Part shown: positions 1-9,499 of the stretch, one piece after another
Position numbering within the stretch: the stretch's first letter is position 1
Layout of the letters: each line of letters opens with the position of its first letter
NCBI GenBank assembly: GCA_029100545.1
Contig: JAQXPH010000021.1
Location: 10,613 to 74,612, forward strand
DNA length: 64,000 bases
Origin: a bacterium
GTDB lineage: Bacteria > Bacillota_I > Bacilli_A > RF39 > UBA660
Direction: 5' to 3'
Notes under the pieces: generated by a model
Database searches by the model: none
What the model was told of the DNA's origin: nothing
The model's input: only the letters and a program-made list of their open reading frames with translations
Program-made: the position numbers and the translations under genes

Positions 1-512
1 TTAAATTTACCGTCGATTCCTAAATATGCTATTTTTCCATAACTATTTCTACCATCATAAACACGAGATAAAGGAATACTTCCCTCGCTAAATTCACTAA
101 TTCCTTGCCAACCAGAAAATTTAGAATAACTCTTATCTATTTCTTCTTCAACAAATTCTCCTTCAAGATTAAGGTATTTAAATGTAGTATCAATCCAAGA
201 TACACTTCCATCTTTACCAACTATTGCAAATCCATATTGATTAAAATCGAAAGCAACATCATATCGAAAAGGTAGTAAAACATTATCAGATTCTCTTACA
301 TATGCATATTCACCATTTTCTGTTTGAACAACTTTAAAACCATTCACAAATTCATTGCTATCATCAATTATTTTTTCAGATTTTATATGAATATTAGTCT
401 CATTTGGTGTATTTTGATTTATGGTATAGCAAATATTTCTTGTACGATCTCTAACGATGAAAATACTGCAACTACGAATGACATTGATAATTTTTGTAGG
501 CATTTTACCCAT
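1..512 (-). CDS. WG-repeat-like protein, truncated by the left window edge
   Basis: The minus-strand frame is open from ATG (510-512) to position 1 with no stop, so it is not in the ORF track. Translation MGKMPTKIINV...NGFKVVQTENGEYAYVRESDNVLLPFRYDVAFDFNQYGFAIVGKDGSVSWIDTTFKYLNLEGEF shows the recurring aromatic/G/W pattern of WG (KWG) repeats. The listed + ORF 324-527 is its antisense shadow. Confidence 0.55.
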   Translation of the reverse strand, partial: MGKMPTKIINVIRSCSIFIVRDRTRNICYTINQNTPNETNIHIKSEKIIDDSNEFVNGFKVVQTENGEYAYVRESDNVLLPFRYDVAFDFNQYGFAIVGKDGSVSWIDTTFKYLNLEGEFVEEEIDKSYSKFSGWQGISEFSEGSIPLSRVYDGRNSYGKIAYLGIDGKF

Positions 513-571
513 AATAAACCCTTCTAACGCAAATTATTATATCATACTTTTTTGATTTTTATTATTTTTTA

Positions 572-718
572 TTAAATTTCCATTTCAAAATCATCTTTTT
601 CATTTTCATAATTGTGATTTTTACTAAATTCATAAGTGTCTTGCAAATCTTCAATAATTCCTAATCTCTTTCTTAATGATTCTTCTACATCAATTTCTTT
701 CTTGATAACATTTATCAT
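572..718 (-). CDS. small acidic hypothetical protein (48 aa)
   Basis: Hand-translated ATG..TAA ORF MINVIKKEIDVEESLRKRLGIIEDLQDTYEFSKNHNYENEKDDFEMEI. No recognisable RBS or family. Confidence 0.2.
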   Translation of the reverse strand: MINVIKKEIDVEESLRKRLGIIEDLQDTYEFSKNHNYENEKDDFEMEI

Positions 719-751
719 AGACACCAACCTTTCTTATGATTTTTTCCAAAC

Positions 752-779
752 GAAAAAAATCAATCAATTCGATTGATTT
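752..779 (-). terminator. rho-independent terminator downstream of tRNA-Thr
   Basis: Hairpin AAATCAATC-gaatt-GATTGATTT followed by a T-run when read on the minus strand. Confidence 0.5.
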
Positions 780-819
780 CTATATATCAAAGTTCGAATA
801 GTTCGAGCAGATTTTCCTA

Positions 820-893
820 TGGTGCCGAATACAAGAATTGAACTTGTGGCTAAAGCTTACCATGCTTTTGTTTTACCATTAAACTAATTCGGC
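820..893 (-). tRNA. tRNA-Thr (anticodon GGU), CCA encoded
   Basis: Reverse complement GCCGAAT-TA-GTTT-AATGGTA-AAAC-A-AAAGC-ATGGTAA-GCTTT-AGCC-ACAAG-TTCAATT-CTTGT-ATTCGGC-ACCA folds as a cloverleaf by hand. Confidence 0.85.
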
Positions 894-994
894 ATAAGAT
901 AATTATATTATTAATTATATAAAATGTAAACTTCAAAATATAATAGATTTATTTATAGCTAAATGATATAATTAGTATAATAAGAGGTGGAAAT

Positions 995-1501
995 ATGAGA
1001 GAAGCTGTAGGTTCAAGTTGGATATTTTTTATAGTAATAAGTTTTACACTTATATTCGCCGGTTTTTTAGTTATGGCGTTAAGTTATTCAAAAACATATA
1101 AATTAAAAAATGAGCTTACTTCAATAATTGAAAAATATGAAGGTTTAACACAAACTGACACATCAGGAAATAAAGTAAGTGGTTCAATTAATATAATGAA
1201 TACATATCTTCAAAATAGTAATTATATTGGAAAAGGTACTTGCTATGATGGTACTAATACAATGTATGGTTTTAATTTAGATGATACAATGGCAAATGTT
1301 GCTAAAGAAAATGAAAAATACTCATACTGTGTAAAAGTAATGACAAACACCAAAACATGTGAAACATTGTTTAGAGTTACCCTATTTTATGAATTTAATA
1401 TACCAGTACTTGGTGATTTATCAAAATTTAAGGTTTCTGGTCAAACCAATGAAGTAAATAATGCATTTATTAATGATATTCAAATTAAATGTGTTAATTA
1501 A
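995..1501 (+). CDS. hypothetical membrane-anchored or secreted protein (N-terminal TM, Cys-containing ectodomain)
   Basis: ORF track. RBS AAGAGGTGG lies upstream and a hydrophobic N-terminus (SSWIFFIVISFTLIFAGFLVMAL) is present. Vaguely TadE/pilin-like, but no family is recognised. Confidence 0.55.
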   Translation: MREAVGSSWIFFIVISFTLIFAGFLVMALSYSKTYKLKNELTSIIEKYEGLTQTDTSGNKVSGSINIMNTYLQNSNYIGKGTCYDGTNTMYGFNLDDTMANVAKENEKYSYCVKVMTNTKTCETLFRVTLFYEFNIPVLGDLSKFKVSGQTNEVNNAFINDIQIKCVN

Positions 1502-1511
1502 TATATAAAAT

Positions 1512-1536
1512 AAAAACCCCATTAAATGGGGATTTT
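1512..1536. terminator. bidirectional rho-independent terminator
   Basis: AAAAA-CCCCA-ttaaa-TGGGG-aTTTT. It serves the + ORF 995-1501 and the minus-strand tRNA operon. Confidence 0.65.
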
Positions 1537-1547
1537 GTTTGTATTAC

Positions 1548-1623
<76 letters not shown>

Positions 1624-1626
1624 AAA

Positions 1627-1703
1627 TGGCGGTTCCAACGGGATTTGAACCCGTGATCTCTTGCGTGACAGGCAAGCGTGATAGGCCGCTACACTATGGA
1701 ACC
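1627..1703 (-). tRNA. tRNA-Asp (GUC), CCA encoded
   Basis: Reverse complement GGTTCCATAGTGTAGCGGCCTATCACGCTTGCCTGTCACGCAAGAGATCACGGGTTCAAATCCCGTTGGAACCGCCA. Confidence 0.9.
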
Positions 1704-1705
1704 AT

Positions 1706-1783
<78 letters not shown>

Positions 1784-1794
1784 ATATTTCAACT

Positions 1795-1887
1795 TGGCGG
1801 GGGAAAAGGGATTCGAACCCCTGCGCCGGTTACCCGACCTCCTGGTTTTCAAGACCAGTCCCTTCAACCGGACTTGGGTATTCCCCC
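1795..1887 (-). tRNA. tRNA-Ser (UGA), long variable arm, CCA encoded
   Basis: Reverse complement GGGGGAATACCCAAGTCCGGTTGAAGGGACTGGTCTTGAAAACCAGGAGGTCGGGTAACCGGCGCAGGGGTTCGAATCCCTTTTCCCCCGCCA. Confidence 0.9.
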
Positions 1888-1907
1888 ACTTTTTCAAGTG
1901 CAATTTG

Positions 1908-1937
1908 ATTATAGCATAAATTATTTTAACTTGTCAA
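1908..1937 (-). promoter_or_regulatory. sigma-A type promoter of the Ser-fMet-Asp-Phe tRNA operon
   Basis: The minus strand reads TTGACA-18 nt-(TGc)TATAAT just upstream of tRNA-Ser. Confidence 0.6.
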
Positions 1938-1957
1938 TCAACTTTTTAAAAAAATAC

Positions 1958-1986
1958 TTGCATTATGCAAAAAAAAAAGATATAAT
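1958..1986 (+). promoter_or_regulatory. sigma-A type promoter of tRNA-Leu
   Basis: TTGCAT-17 nt-TATAAT, about 35 nt upstream of tRNA-Leu and divergent from the tRNA operon promoter. Confidence 0.6.
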
Positions 1987-2020
1987 TAAATAGTCTTATC
2001 AAATTAAGACAAGTGCCTTT

Positions 2021-2109
2021 GCCCGAGTGGCGGAATAGGTAGACGCACAGGACTTAAAATCCTGCGAGTATAAAAGCTCGTGCCGGTTCAAGTCCGGCCT
2101 CGGGCACCA
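2021..2109 (+). tRNA. tRNA-Leu (UAA), long variable arm, CCA encoded
   Basis: GCCCGAGTGGCGGAATAGGTAGACGCACAGGACTTAAAATCCTGCGAGTATAAAAGCTCGTGCCGGTTCAAGTCCGGCCTCGGGCACCA. Confidence 0.9.
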
Positions 2110-2120
2110 TTAATAAAATC

Positions 2121-2146
2121 ACTCAATTAAGTTTGAGTTTTTTTTA
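2121..2146. terminator. terminator between tRNA-Leu and the convergent S1-domain gene
   Basis: ACTCAA-ttaagt-TTGAGT followed by T8. Confidence 0.6.
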
Positions 2147-2162
2147 TACAAAAAAATAATAA

Positions 2163-2519
2163 TTATTCATTATTATTCTTAATTTCTGATAGTTTTTCAC
2201 TTATCCAAGTATTTAAATGATTTTTAAGAGGTAAAAAACCAAGTCTTGACTCTTTAATCTTACTTTTTGAATTAGATTTATAATTAATATTTTTTATTGA
2301 TAGTTTTAAATGATGATTAAACTCATCTACCTCTAAAATCTGTGTATAAATAATTTCCCCAATCTTTAAGAAATCATTTATATCTTTAACAAAATCATTT
2401 GATATTTCTGAAATATGAATTAATCCTGTATAATTTGAATCTATATTTACAAAGGCTCCATACTTCTCTATTCCAGTTACTTGGCATTTAACGATACTAC
2501 CCGATCTATAATCTGCCAT
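2163..2519 (-). CDS. S1 RNA-binding domain protein (YugI/GSP13/CvfD-like)
   Basis: ORF track. The S1 fold pattern GSIVKCQVTGIEKYGAFVNIDSNYTGLIHISEIS is present. I moved the start to the ATG at 2519 (MADYRSG), which follows GGAAGAAGG; the track starts at an upstream TTG. Confidence 0.8.
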   Translation of the reverse strand: MADYRSGSIVKCQVTGIEKYGAFVNIDSNYTGLIHISEISNDFVKDINDFLKIGEIIYTQILEVDEFNHHLKLSIKNINYKSNSKSKIKESRLGFLPLKNHLNTWISEKLSEIKNNNE

Positions 2520-2588
2520 AAAACCTTCTTCCAAATAAATTCTATCATATTTTTAAAAAAAATGATATACTAATATTTAGTGATATAT

Positions 2589-2813
2589 ATGGAAGAAAAA
2601 ATTTTAAAAATAATTGAAAAAATACGTCCATATTTAAATATGGATGGTGGAGATATTGAATTTATAAAATATGAAGACAATTATATTTACATAAAATTAT
2701 ATGGTGCTTGTGCACATTGCTTATACCAAGATAATACTATTAATGAAAATCTTTTATCTTTTTTTAAAGATGAAATTCCTGAAATTAAAGGGATAATTAA
2801 TGTAAATTTTTAA
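2589..2813 (+). CDS. NifU C-terminal-domain (Nfu/YutI-like) Fe-S protein
   Basis: IRPYLNMDGGDIEFIKYEDNYIYIKLYGACAHCLY contains the CxxC motif. The start is either the ATG at 2589 or the GTG at 2580. Confidence 0.8.
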   Translation: MEEKILKIIEKIRPYLNMDGGDIEFIKYEDNYIYIKLYGACAHCLYQDNTINENLLSFFKDEIPEIKGIINVNF

Positions 2814-3717
2814 TCCAGGAAATGTCTTCTAAAGGGGCATATGATGAAATTAAATCATATGCTTTTTTTAAAAATATTTCATAATCACAATTTTTAGAAA
2901 TAATACCAATTAGTTTTTGACTATCTTCATTTGAATTTATAATACTATCATAAATATCAAAATAATATGACGGATATAAAAGTCTTGCAAATAACATATT
3001 ATATGAATATATTGATAATTTAACACTTTTTAAATATGTAATAAGTTCTGTAAAAGCATCTTCACCAGCAAAAAAATAACTTTTTATATATTCTCCAACA
3101 TCTCTTACTTCTAAATCAAAAATAAAATTTAATGGATTAAAATAATTTAATCTATAATTTGGATAAAAAATTCTTTTTCTACTTAAAACTATTTTATCCA
3201 TTAAAGATAATCCAAATTTTTTATTAACATTATTAACAAAATATATAGCATTTTCACTTAGTCCTATATAATAATCTATACTACTTTTAATAATATTATT
3301 TGTTTTTATTTCTTTAAGTTGCTGTTCAATATAATCAATTTTACTTGACCATAAATAACTCCAATTATTTCGATATAAATTATTTTTACTATCATTTAAA
3401 ACCAACTTTTTATTATAAGTTATCATATCAGATATTGAAATAATTTCATCTTTATTTGTTACTTTAACTAATATATAATTTACATCTTCTATTTTAGTTA
3501 AATATTCATTATTTATATTTACCAAAATATTATGACACTGTACTCCTTTTTGTTTAAGTTCTAATGTACAATTTATAATATCTTTTAAATCCTCATTAGT
3601 TCTTTTATAAAAGAGAAAATAATAATCTTCACTATTTAAAATAAAATGATATACATCTTTTTCTATAAATAATTTTTCAATTTTTATATTATAATAGTAT
3701 TCAATAGTTTCTTTCAT
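2797..3717 (-). CDS. CotS-family / YutH-like spore-coat kinase-fold protein (probably non-catalytic)
   Basis: Length and pattern fit (WSYLWSSKIDYIEQQL, aromatic-rich C-terminal half), and it sits beside yutI/yutD-like genes as in Bacillus. No HGD catalytic motif was seen. Confidence 0.45.
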   Translation of the reverse strand: MKETIEYYYNIKIEKLFIEKDVYHFILNSEDYYFLFYKRTNEDLKDIINCTLELKQKGVQCHNILVNINNEYLTKIEDVNYILVKVTNKDEIISISDMITYNKKLVLNDSKNNLYRNNWSYLWSSKIDYIEQQLKEIKTNNIIKSSIDYYIGLSENAIYFVNNVNKKFGLSLMDKIVLSRKRIFYPNYRLNYFNPLNFIFDLEVRDVGEYIKSYFFAGEDAFTELITYLKSVKLSIYSYNMLFARLLYPSYYFDIYDSIINSNEDSQKLIGIISKNCDYEIFLKKAYDLISSYAPLEDISWIKNLH

Positions 3718-3758
3718 ACTAAATTATATAAAAAAACTTCAGCATTAATACTGAAGTT

Positions 3759-4517
3759 TTATTTATTTTCAAAAATTTTAACTAATGCGTCAAACACATT
3801 TTCACAAGATTTCATAAAAGTTTCTTTAATTTGATTAATTTCATTATTATTTATTTGACCTATGTTATTATCACTTAATGCTTGATTTAAATTATTAACA
3901 AAAGGATTTATTTGCTGCATTTGCATAATATTTTGAGTACTAGGTTCAACAACACTTTGCATTGGATTTATATTATTAATATCCTGTGCAATTGGATTTG
4001 GCATAGTTGGACTAACCATATTAGGCATTACCGGAGAATTAACACTTTGACCAATAGAAATTGGACTATCCATTATATTTTGCTCAACTGGTGTTTGAAC
4101 TGGTGCTACTGGCTCTTGAACAGGCATTACTTCAGGTGTTACTGGTGAAACTTGTGGAGTCTCAGGAACTGGAGGCTTATAAGCATTTTTTAATACGTCA
4201 AAAGACGCTACAGGTAATGTAAGTTGAGTAAAGAAATCATCTTGAGCAGTCAAATTTTCTGGAACAGCTAAATATATAAAATTATTACCACTTATTATTG
4301 ATTTTAAATTTTCTTTAACACTACTCCACTCACTTTGATCATATATTTTTTCAAGTTTATTTCCAATAAGTTTACTTATACAAATTATAGGAAGTCCCAT
4401 AGATCCATTCATTTCATTATCAAAAACAATGTAATTTGCACTTACGCCTTGAAAACAAGTTATTAAAGGCTTTTCAAAAACATTACCACTTACTAAACTT
4501 ACTTTTATTTTACTCAT
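3759..4517 (-). CDS. hypothetical protein with a globular N-domain and a P/V/Q-rich low-complexity region
   Basis: ORF track. Segments such as KPPVPETPQVSPVTPEVMPVQEPVAPVQTPVEQ and NPMQSVVEPSTQNIMQMQQINP are present. No TM segment or signal peptide. Confidence 0.6.
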   Translation of the reverse strand: MSKIKVSLVSGNVFEKPLITCFQGVSANYIVFDNEMNGSMGLPIICISKLIGNKLEKIYDQSEWSSVKENLKSIISGNNFIYLAVPENLTAQDDFFTQLTLPVASFDVLKNAYKPPVPETPQVSPVTPEVMPVQEPVAPVQTPVEQNIMDSPISIGQSVNSPVMPNMVSPTMPNPIAQDINNINPMQSVVEPSTQNIMQMQQINPFVNNLNQALSDNNIGQINNNEINQIKETFMKSCENVFDALVKIFENK

Positions 4518-4561
4518 CTATATCAATCCCTTCTTATGATAAAATCATTATAGCAAAAATA

Positions 4562-4843
4562 TTACTTATTTTCAACTTTTTTGAGTATAAAATATCTACA
4601 CCCATAAGCACAGTATTTTTCAATATATTCTTGCACATTTTTTATATCATTTATTTTTTTAAAATTTTTATTATCTTTATCATTAAAACCCTTTAGACGT
4701 AACTTACCATATGCCCAATCACCAACTATATAATTAAAGTCATCAAAATATTCAGTTATTTTATCTTTTAATACTTCTTCATCAATTGCATCTTTTTCAT
4801 TTTTAATTACATCATATGTTTTATCATTTATTGTTATTTTCAT
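4562..4843 (-). CDS. yutD: YutD-like protein (DUF1027)
   Basis: IVGDWAYGKLRLKGF motif. The start is set at the ATG after AGGGGGA (MKITIND). Confidence 0.7.
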   Translation of the reverse strand: MKITINDKTYDVIKNEKDAIDEEVLKDKITEYFDDFNYIVGDWAYGKLRLKGFNDKDNKNFKKINDIKNVQEYIEKYCAYGCRYFILKKVENK

Positions 4844-4853
4844 TAATATCCCC

Positions 4854-5651
4854 CTAAAAAACAAAAATAGTTAATAAGAATATTGCTAAACCTAATGTCG
4901 CAACTATCGATAAAACTAATAAAATATCAACATAACCATTACCAGATGACAATGTTGGTTTAGGATTTTTATAATCATATACTGCTTTATCTAATAAATA
5001 ATCCTTATTTATTGCATTTTCATTTATATCAAAATAATTATATACTTTTTTATTTACTTCATCAAGTTCATCAGCAGATAATTTATTTATATCTTCTAAA
5101 GAATATTTTAATATCTCATAAGCATCAATATTAAGAGTTTTCTTTGGCTTTTGTGGTTTATGATATTTACTTGATTCCATAACTTTTGAAAAATAATTTT
5201 CAATTTCATTAGGATCTTTTGCCATCAAATAATTATATGATATTATTAACATATTTGAAGAATTAGGAGTATAAAGTAAGTCTTTAAAATTGCATTCTAT
5301 ATCCTTACTAATTTCCATAGTCTTATTTTTTAAAGCAAACATATCAATAAGCATCTTTTGTAAATTAATAAAATCTTCAGAGTTTTCATTCTCATAATAA
5401 TTTTGAAAAGTTTTTTTAAATTTATCTACATTTATATAATTATAGCCATATTTTTCTAAATTATCATTTAAAGCTTGTTCATTATTTAAGTAAAATGGAT
5501 TTAATATATCTAATTCATCATAAATAATCATTAATAATCTTATAACTACAACCATAAATGAATTAAATTTTACTCCCTCAATAGAATTTTTATTATTTAA
5601 ATAATCATTTATAGCAATAGTAAATGCTTCATTCACAAAAACATTTTTCAT
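4854..5651 (-). CDS. hypothetical tail-anchored membrane protein
   Basis: ORF track. The start is moved to MKNVFVNEAF after GGTGAGAG. The only hydrophobic segment is at the extreme C-terminus (ILLVLSIVATLGLAIFLLTIFVF). Confidence 0.6.
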   Translation of the reverse strand: MKNVFVNEAFTIAINDYLNNKNSIEGVKFNSFMVVVIRLLMIIYDELDILNPFYLNNEQALNDNLEKYGYNYINVDKFKKTFQNYYENENSEDFINLQKMLIDMFALKNKTMEISKDIECNFKDLLYTPNSSNMLIISYNYLMAKDPNEIENYFSKVMESSKYHKPQKPKKTLNIDAYEILKYSLEDINKLSADELDEVNKKVYNYFDINENAINKDYLLDKAVYDYKNPKPTLSSGNGYVDILLVLSIVATLGLAIFLLTIFVF

Positions 5652-5683
5652 ACTCTCACCTATTATTAAGTATAGCACAAAAA

Positions 5684-6340
5684 TTATTCAATTGGAATAT
5701 CTAAAATTGCACCCTCTTTTATATAACTATTACCATAAAATGAAGGTACTTTTCCTTGAATAACTTTTGAATTTAATAATAAATCATATTTTTCTTTATG
5801 TTTTTCGATATTTAAAGGTATAGTAATTAAATAATTTATTTCTAAATGTAAATAAATTTCTATTAAAGCATTGTTTATTCCAAAATTTGTAACTTTAGTT
5901 TCAATATTAGCCAAAATGGAATTAGTAAAATCATATTTTATCATTATTTTTGGTCCTATGTTTGCAAGTAGTATATTATCACTACTTATAAGAAATGGGA
6001 CTTCAATTATATCTTTTTTAATTATTGTTTTTTTTAAATTATTTACATAATTATTTAAAATATCATACGACTTATTTAAATCATAATCAACATATACTAT
6101 CTCATTATCACTATTTTGAACAATTTCTAAAAGATTATTAAAATTATCATTATATATATTATTAATATTTTTAATTATGTTACTATCAAGTTCTTCTTTT
6201 ACTTTTTGATATGTATAACTTTCAAGTTTTGGGTTAATTTTTTTACTATAAACACTAAATAAAATAACAAATAAAAATAAGATTAAAATGAATGAAAACA
6301 ATATATAATATTTTCTTTTAATCTTATTTTTTAATTTCAT
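5684..6340 (-). CDS. yunB: sporulation protein YunB
   Basis: N-terminal TM followed by IEVPFLISSDNILLANIGPKIMIKYDFTNSILANIETKVTNFGINNALIEIYLHLEINYLITIP, the YunB pattern. Confidence 0.7.
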   Translation of the reverse strand: MKLKNKIKRKYYILFSFILILFLFVILFSVYSKKINPKLESYTYQKVKEELDSNIIKNINNIYNDNFNNLLEIVQNSDNEIVYVDYDLNKSYDILNNYVNNLKKTIIKKDIIEVPFLISSDNILLANIGPKIMIKYDFTNSILANIETKVTNFGINNALIEIYLHLEINYLITIPLNIEKHKEKYDLLLNSKVIQGKVPSFYGNSYIKEGAILDIPIE

Positions 6341-6356
6341 AATAAATAATATGCTT

Positions 6357-7175
6357 TTATAAAAAAGATTTTACTAATATTATTGCTCCAGCAATAAAAG
6401 CTATAATTAATAATAATATAATTATTTTAACAAAGATAGATGATTTTCCATCTTCAATATCAGTAAAGTCTTCAAAATCTTCCTTATTAAATCTAGTAGA
6501 TTTAGTAAAAAATGAATTTTCCATTGATGTTTTAACTTCTTCATTGTTTTCTTTAGAAACTTCTTCAAAAATAGTTTCTTTAGTTATTTCGTTCTCATCA
6601 TCTTTATCAATAACTTCTCTTATTGTTTGAGTTTTATCACTACTTTTTAAATCTTCATATAAATCTAATGGATTATAATCATCATTTTTAAGTGATTTTT
6701 CATTAATAGTAATTGTATTAATTAAATTTTGTAATTCTTTAGCAGTTTCTTCTTTTATTGAATGATCATTTTCTTCAGTTTCTTTAAAATCTAAACTATT
6801 TAAAATATCAAATTGTGTATTTCTTAATTTCTTATTTCTTTCTTCAGCATAATTATCTTCTTTATCTTCTTTTGCTTTATCTAAAATAACATTAATATCA
6901 TATTCCTTAGTTTCTTCAACTTTTTTAACAGGAACTGTCTCAGTATCAATTTTTATTGATTTTCTTTTTGGAGTATCTTTATAATGAGTATCTAATATAC
7001 TTTTAATTTTTTCTACATCAATATTTCCTTTATTATCACCAATAACAGTAGCATTACTTTTTACTTCAAAATTATCAAGTTCTGTTTTACTTATTTGTTT
7101 ATATAGTTCCTGATTCCTTGAAGTTCTACTTATAACCTTACCTTCCTCGTAATATTTATCTACTCTATGTTCCAT
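6357..7175 (-). CDS. acidic (E/D/K-rich) tail-anchored hypothetical protein
   Basis: ORF track. No signal peptide and a single C-terminal TM (IFVKIIILLLIIAFIAGAIILV). Confidence 0.6.
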   Translation of the reverse strand: MEHRVDKYYEEGKVISRTSRNQELYKQISKTELDNFEVKSNATVIGDNKGNIDVEKIKSILDTHYKDTPKRKSIKIDTETVPVKKVEETKEYDINVILDKAKEDKEDNYAEERNKKLRNTQFDILNSLDFKETEENDHSIKEETAKELQNLINTITINEKSLKNDDYNPLDLYEDLKSSDKTQTIREVIDKDDENEITKETIFEEVSKENNEEVKTSMENSFFTKSTRFNKEDFEDFTDIEDGKSSIFVKIIILLLIIAFIAGAIILVKSFL

Positions 7176-7235
7176 AAAACACCTCTACCATTATAATAAT
7201 AACACGTATATTTTAAAAAGTAAATTATATCATTT

Positions 7236-7844
7236 TTATATTTTCTCACGATTTTTTGAATAATTACACCCACAAAAATTTTGTCTATATAAGTTAAATT
7301 TTTTAGAGTACTCTATTGATTTTTTATATCCATCTTCTTTTTTAAAATCACTATATAGATATTTTATATTATATTTTTTTTCTAAATCTGAACCTATTTC
7401 ATTTAAAATATAAGAATTTTTATAAGGACTTACTGAAAGTGTTGTGCAAAAATAATCATATTTTTTTTCTTTAGCTACTTTACATGTCTTTTCCATTCTT
7501 AAATAATAACATCTATAGCATCTTTTTCCACCTTCAGGACAATTTTCAAATCCTTTAGCAATTTTCTTAAATTCTTCATTTTCATAATCACAATCTAAAA
7601 AATCTATTTTATTTTTAGTTTTAACCTTTTTTAATAAATTAATTTGTTCATCTTTTCTTTTTAAATATTCCTCTTGAGGTTCAATATTAGGATTATAATA
7701 AAATACTGTTATATCAAAATAATCAGAAAGTATTGAAATAACTTGAGTTGAACATGGCGCACAACAGCTATGAAGTAATACCTTTGGAATATAATCTAAA
7801 TTTCTTATAGTTTGTTTTAAAATTTCATTATAATTTGTTCTCAT
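7236..7844 (-). CDS. queH: epoxyqueuosine reductase QueH (DUF208)
   Basis: LLHSCCAPCS, CYRCYYLRMEKT and FCGCNYS cysteine motifs. Confidence 0.85.
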   Translation of the reverse strand: MRTNYNEILKQTIRNLDYIPKVLLHSCCAPCSTQVISILSDYFDITVFYYNPNIEPQEEYLKRKDEQINLLKKVKTKNKIDFLDCDYENEEFKKIAKGFENCPEGGKRCYRCYYLRMEKTCKVAKEKKYDYFCTTLSVSPYKNSYILNEIGSDLEKKYNIKYLYSDFKKEDGYKKSIEYSKKFNLYRQNFCGCNYSKNREKI

Positions 7845-7907
7845 AAAATTTCCTTCTTAAGTATATTAACACTTTAATAATAAAAATACTATAAAAAATT
7901 ACTAAAA

Positions 7908-8627
7908 TTAATCATGAGTATTTTCACCATATTTTTTAAAAATGAAATTTGAACTACTACTATCTAAATAAAGTATTCCTTTTTCATCCAAGACGGAATA
8001 AATTTCTTGATATTTATTTAATTTATCTATATTTACTAAATTAATATATACTGTATTTCCATCTTTCATTCTAAGTAAAAATCTTTCATCATCAATTACA
8101 GTATCTTCATATTTATCAATAGAATATTCAATTTCACTAATCATTTGATAATTACTATCATCTATTTTAGATAATGAATTAATTAAATTTTTATATATTT
8201 CACTTGGTACATAATTAACTAATATTGGATATCCAATATATTCATTTATATTATCTATTTCTTCTCCATTTGACAAAACAATTTTTTTTGTAAGTAAATT
8301 TAAAAATAATAATTTGTTTTCTTCAATTTCAATTTCAATTGTACCATTAAAATTTCTTTTTATATATGCTTTATTTATTAAAGAGTTTTTTTCTAAATCT
8401 TTTTTTATTTTATTTGTACTTATTTTAAAAATTGAATCTTTATAACTAATATTTGCATCAGCAATTATTTGAGTATCATTTAATATATTATTTCCTTTAA
8501 TACTTATGTTTTTGATAGGCATTTTTAAAATATAATATATTAAAGATAATATTAAATATATAAATAATAGTAAAAAAATTAAACCCATTAATCTAATTTT
8601 TTTATGTTTCTTATTATTTTTTTTCAT
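7908..8627 (-). CDS. ftsQ: cell division protein FtsQ/DivIB
   Basis: N-terminal TM plus POTRA-like IKNISIKGNNILNDTQIIADANI. Its ATG overlaps the murB TGA (ATGA). Confidence 0.8.
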   Translation of the reverse strand: MKKNNKKHKKIRLMGLIFLLLFIYLILSLIYYILKMPIKNISIKGNNILNDTQIIADANISYKDSIFKISTNKIKKDLEKNSLINKAYIKRNFNGTIEIEIEENKLLFLNLLTKKIVLSNGEEIDNINEYIGYPILVNYVPSEIYKNLINSLSKIDDSNYQMISEIEYSIDKYEDTVIDDERFLLRMKDGNTVYINLVNIDKLNKYQEIYSVLDEKGILYLDSSSSNFIFKKYGENTHD

Positions 8628-9499
8628 AATGAAGACCACCTTACTATAATAGGTTCTACTTCTAACGAAATTCCATAATTTTCAAATACTTTAATTTTAA
8701 TAAAATTAATTAATTCTATTACATCTTTAAAAGAAGCATTACCATTATTTACAATAAAGTTTGCATGTTTTTTACTAATTTTAGCATCATTTATATGATA
8801 TCCTTTTAAATTAAGAGTATCAATTAATTTTCCAGCACTTACACCTTCTGGATTTTTAAATATACTTCCCACGCATTTTTCATTAAGTGGCTGACTATTT
8901 AATCTTTTTTCATTATTTTCTTTCATATCTTTTAAAGTTTTTATTGGATCACCTTTTTCTAAAATAAATGTTACTGACAAAATAATATAATCATTTAAAT
9001 TAGTAAATCTATAACCATATTTTATTTCACTTTTTAGTATTTCTTTTACTTCAAAATCTTTTGTAAGTACTTTAACTTTATATACATATTCCATCATATC
9101 ATGATTATAACAACCAGCATTTCCCATAACTGATGCACCAACAGTGCCTGGAATAAGTGAAGCAAAATTTAAAGACACTAAACTTTCCTGAAGACATACA
9201 TTATTTAAAAAGCCTAACTTTACTCCACATGAGGCAGTTACAAAGTTATCATTTATTGTGATTTTATTTAGATTATTAAGTCTAATTACTACACCATCAA
9301 AATATGAATCATCTAATATAACATTAGAACCATTACCTAATATATAATATTTAATTTTTTCATTTTTTAAATATTTAAGTAAATTTATTAAACAATTTTC
9401 ATTTTTTACTTCAATTAAATATTTACATTTTCCTCCAATACCAAAAGTAGTATATTTTTTTAAATCTACATTTTCTAAAACATTTCCATATTCATTCAT
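8624..9499 (-). CDS. murB: UDP-N-acetylenolpyruvoylglucosamine reductase MurB
   Basis: KKYTTFGIGGKCKYL and GNGSNVIL motifs, and the length fits. Confidence 0.92.
   Translation of the reverse strand: MNEYGNVLENVDLKKYTTFGIGGKCKYLIEVKNENCLINLLKYLKNEKIKYYILGNGSNVILDDSYFDGVVIRLNNLNKITINDNFVTASCGVKLGFLNNVCLQESLVSLNFASLIPGTVGASVMGNAGCYNHDMMEYVYKVKVLTKDFEVKEILKSEIKYGYRFTNLNDYIILSVTFILEKGDPIKTLKDMKENNEKRLNSQPLNEKCVGSIFKNPEGVSAGKLIDTLNLKGYHINDAKISKKHANFIVNNGNASFKDVIELINFIKIKVFENYGISLEVEPIIVRWSSL

Noticed and set aside
324-527. 67-aa plus-strand ORF at the left edge
   Set aside because: It is antisense to a longer, motif-bearing WG-repeat ORF that runs off the window.
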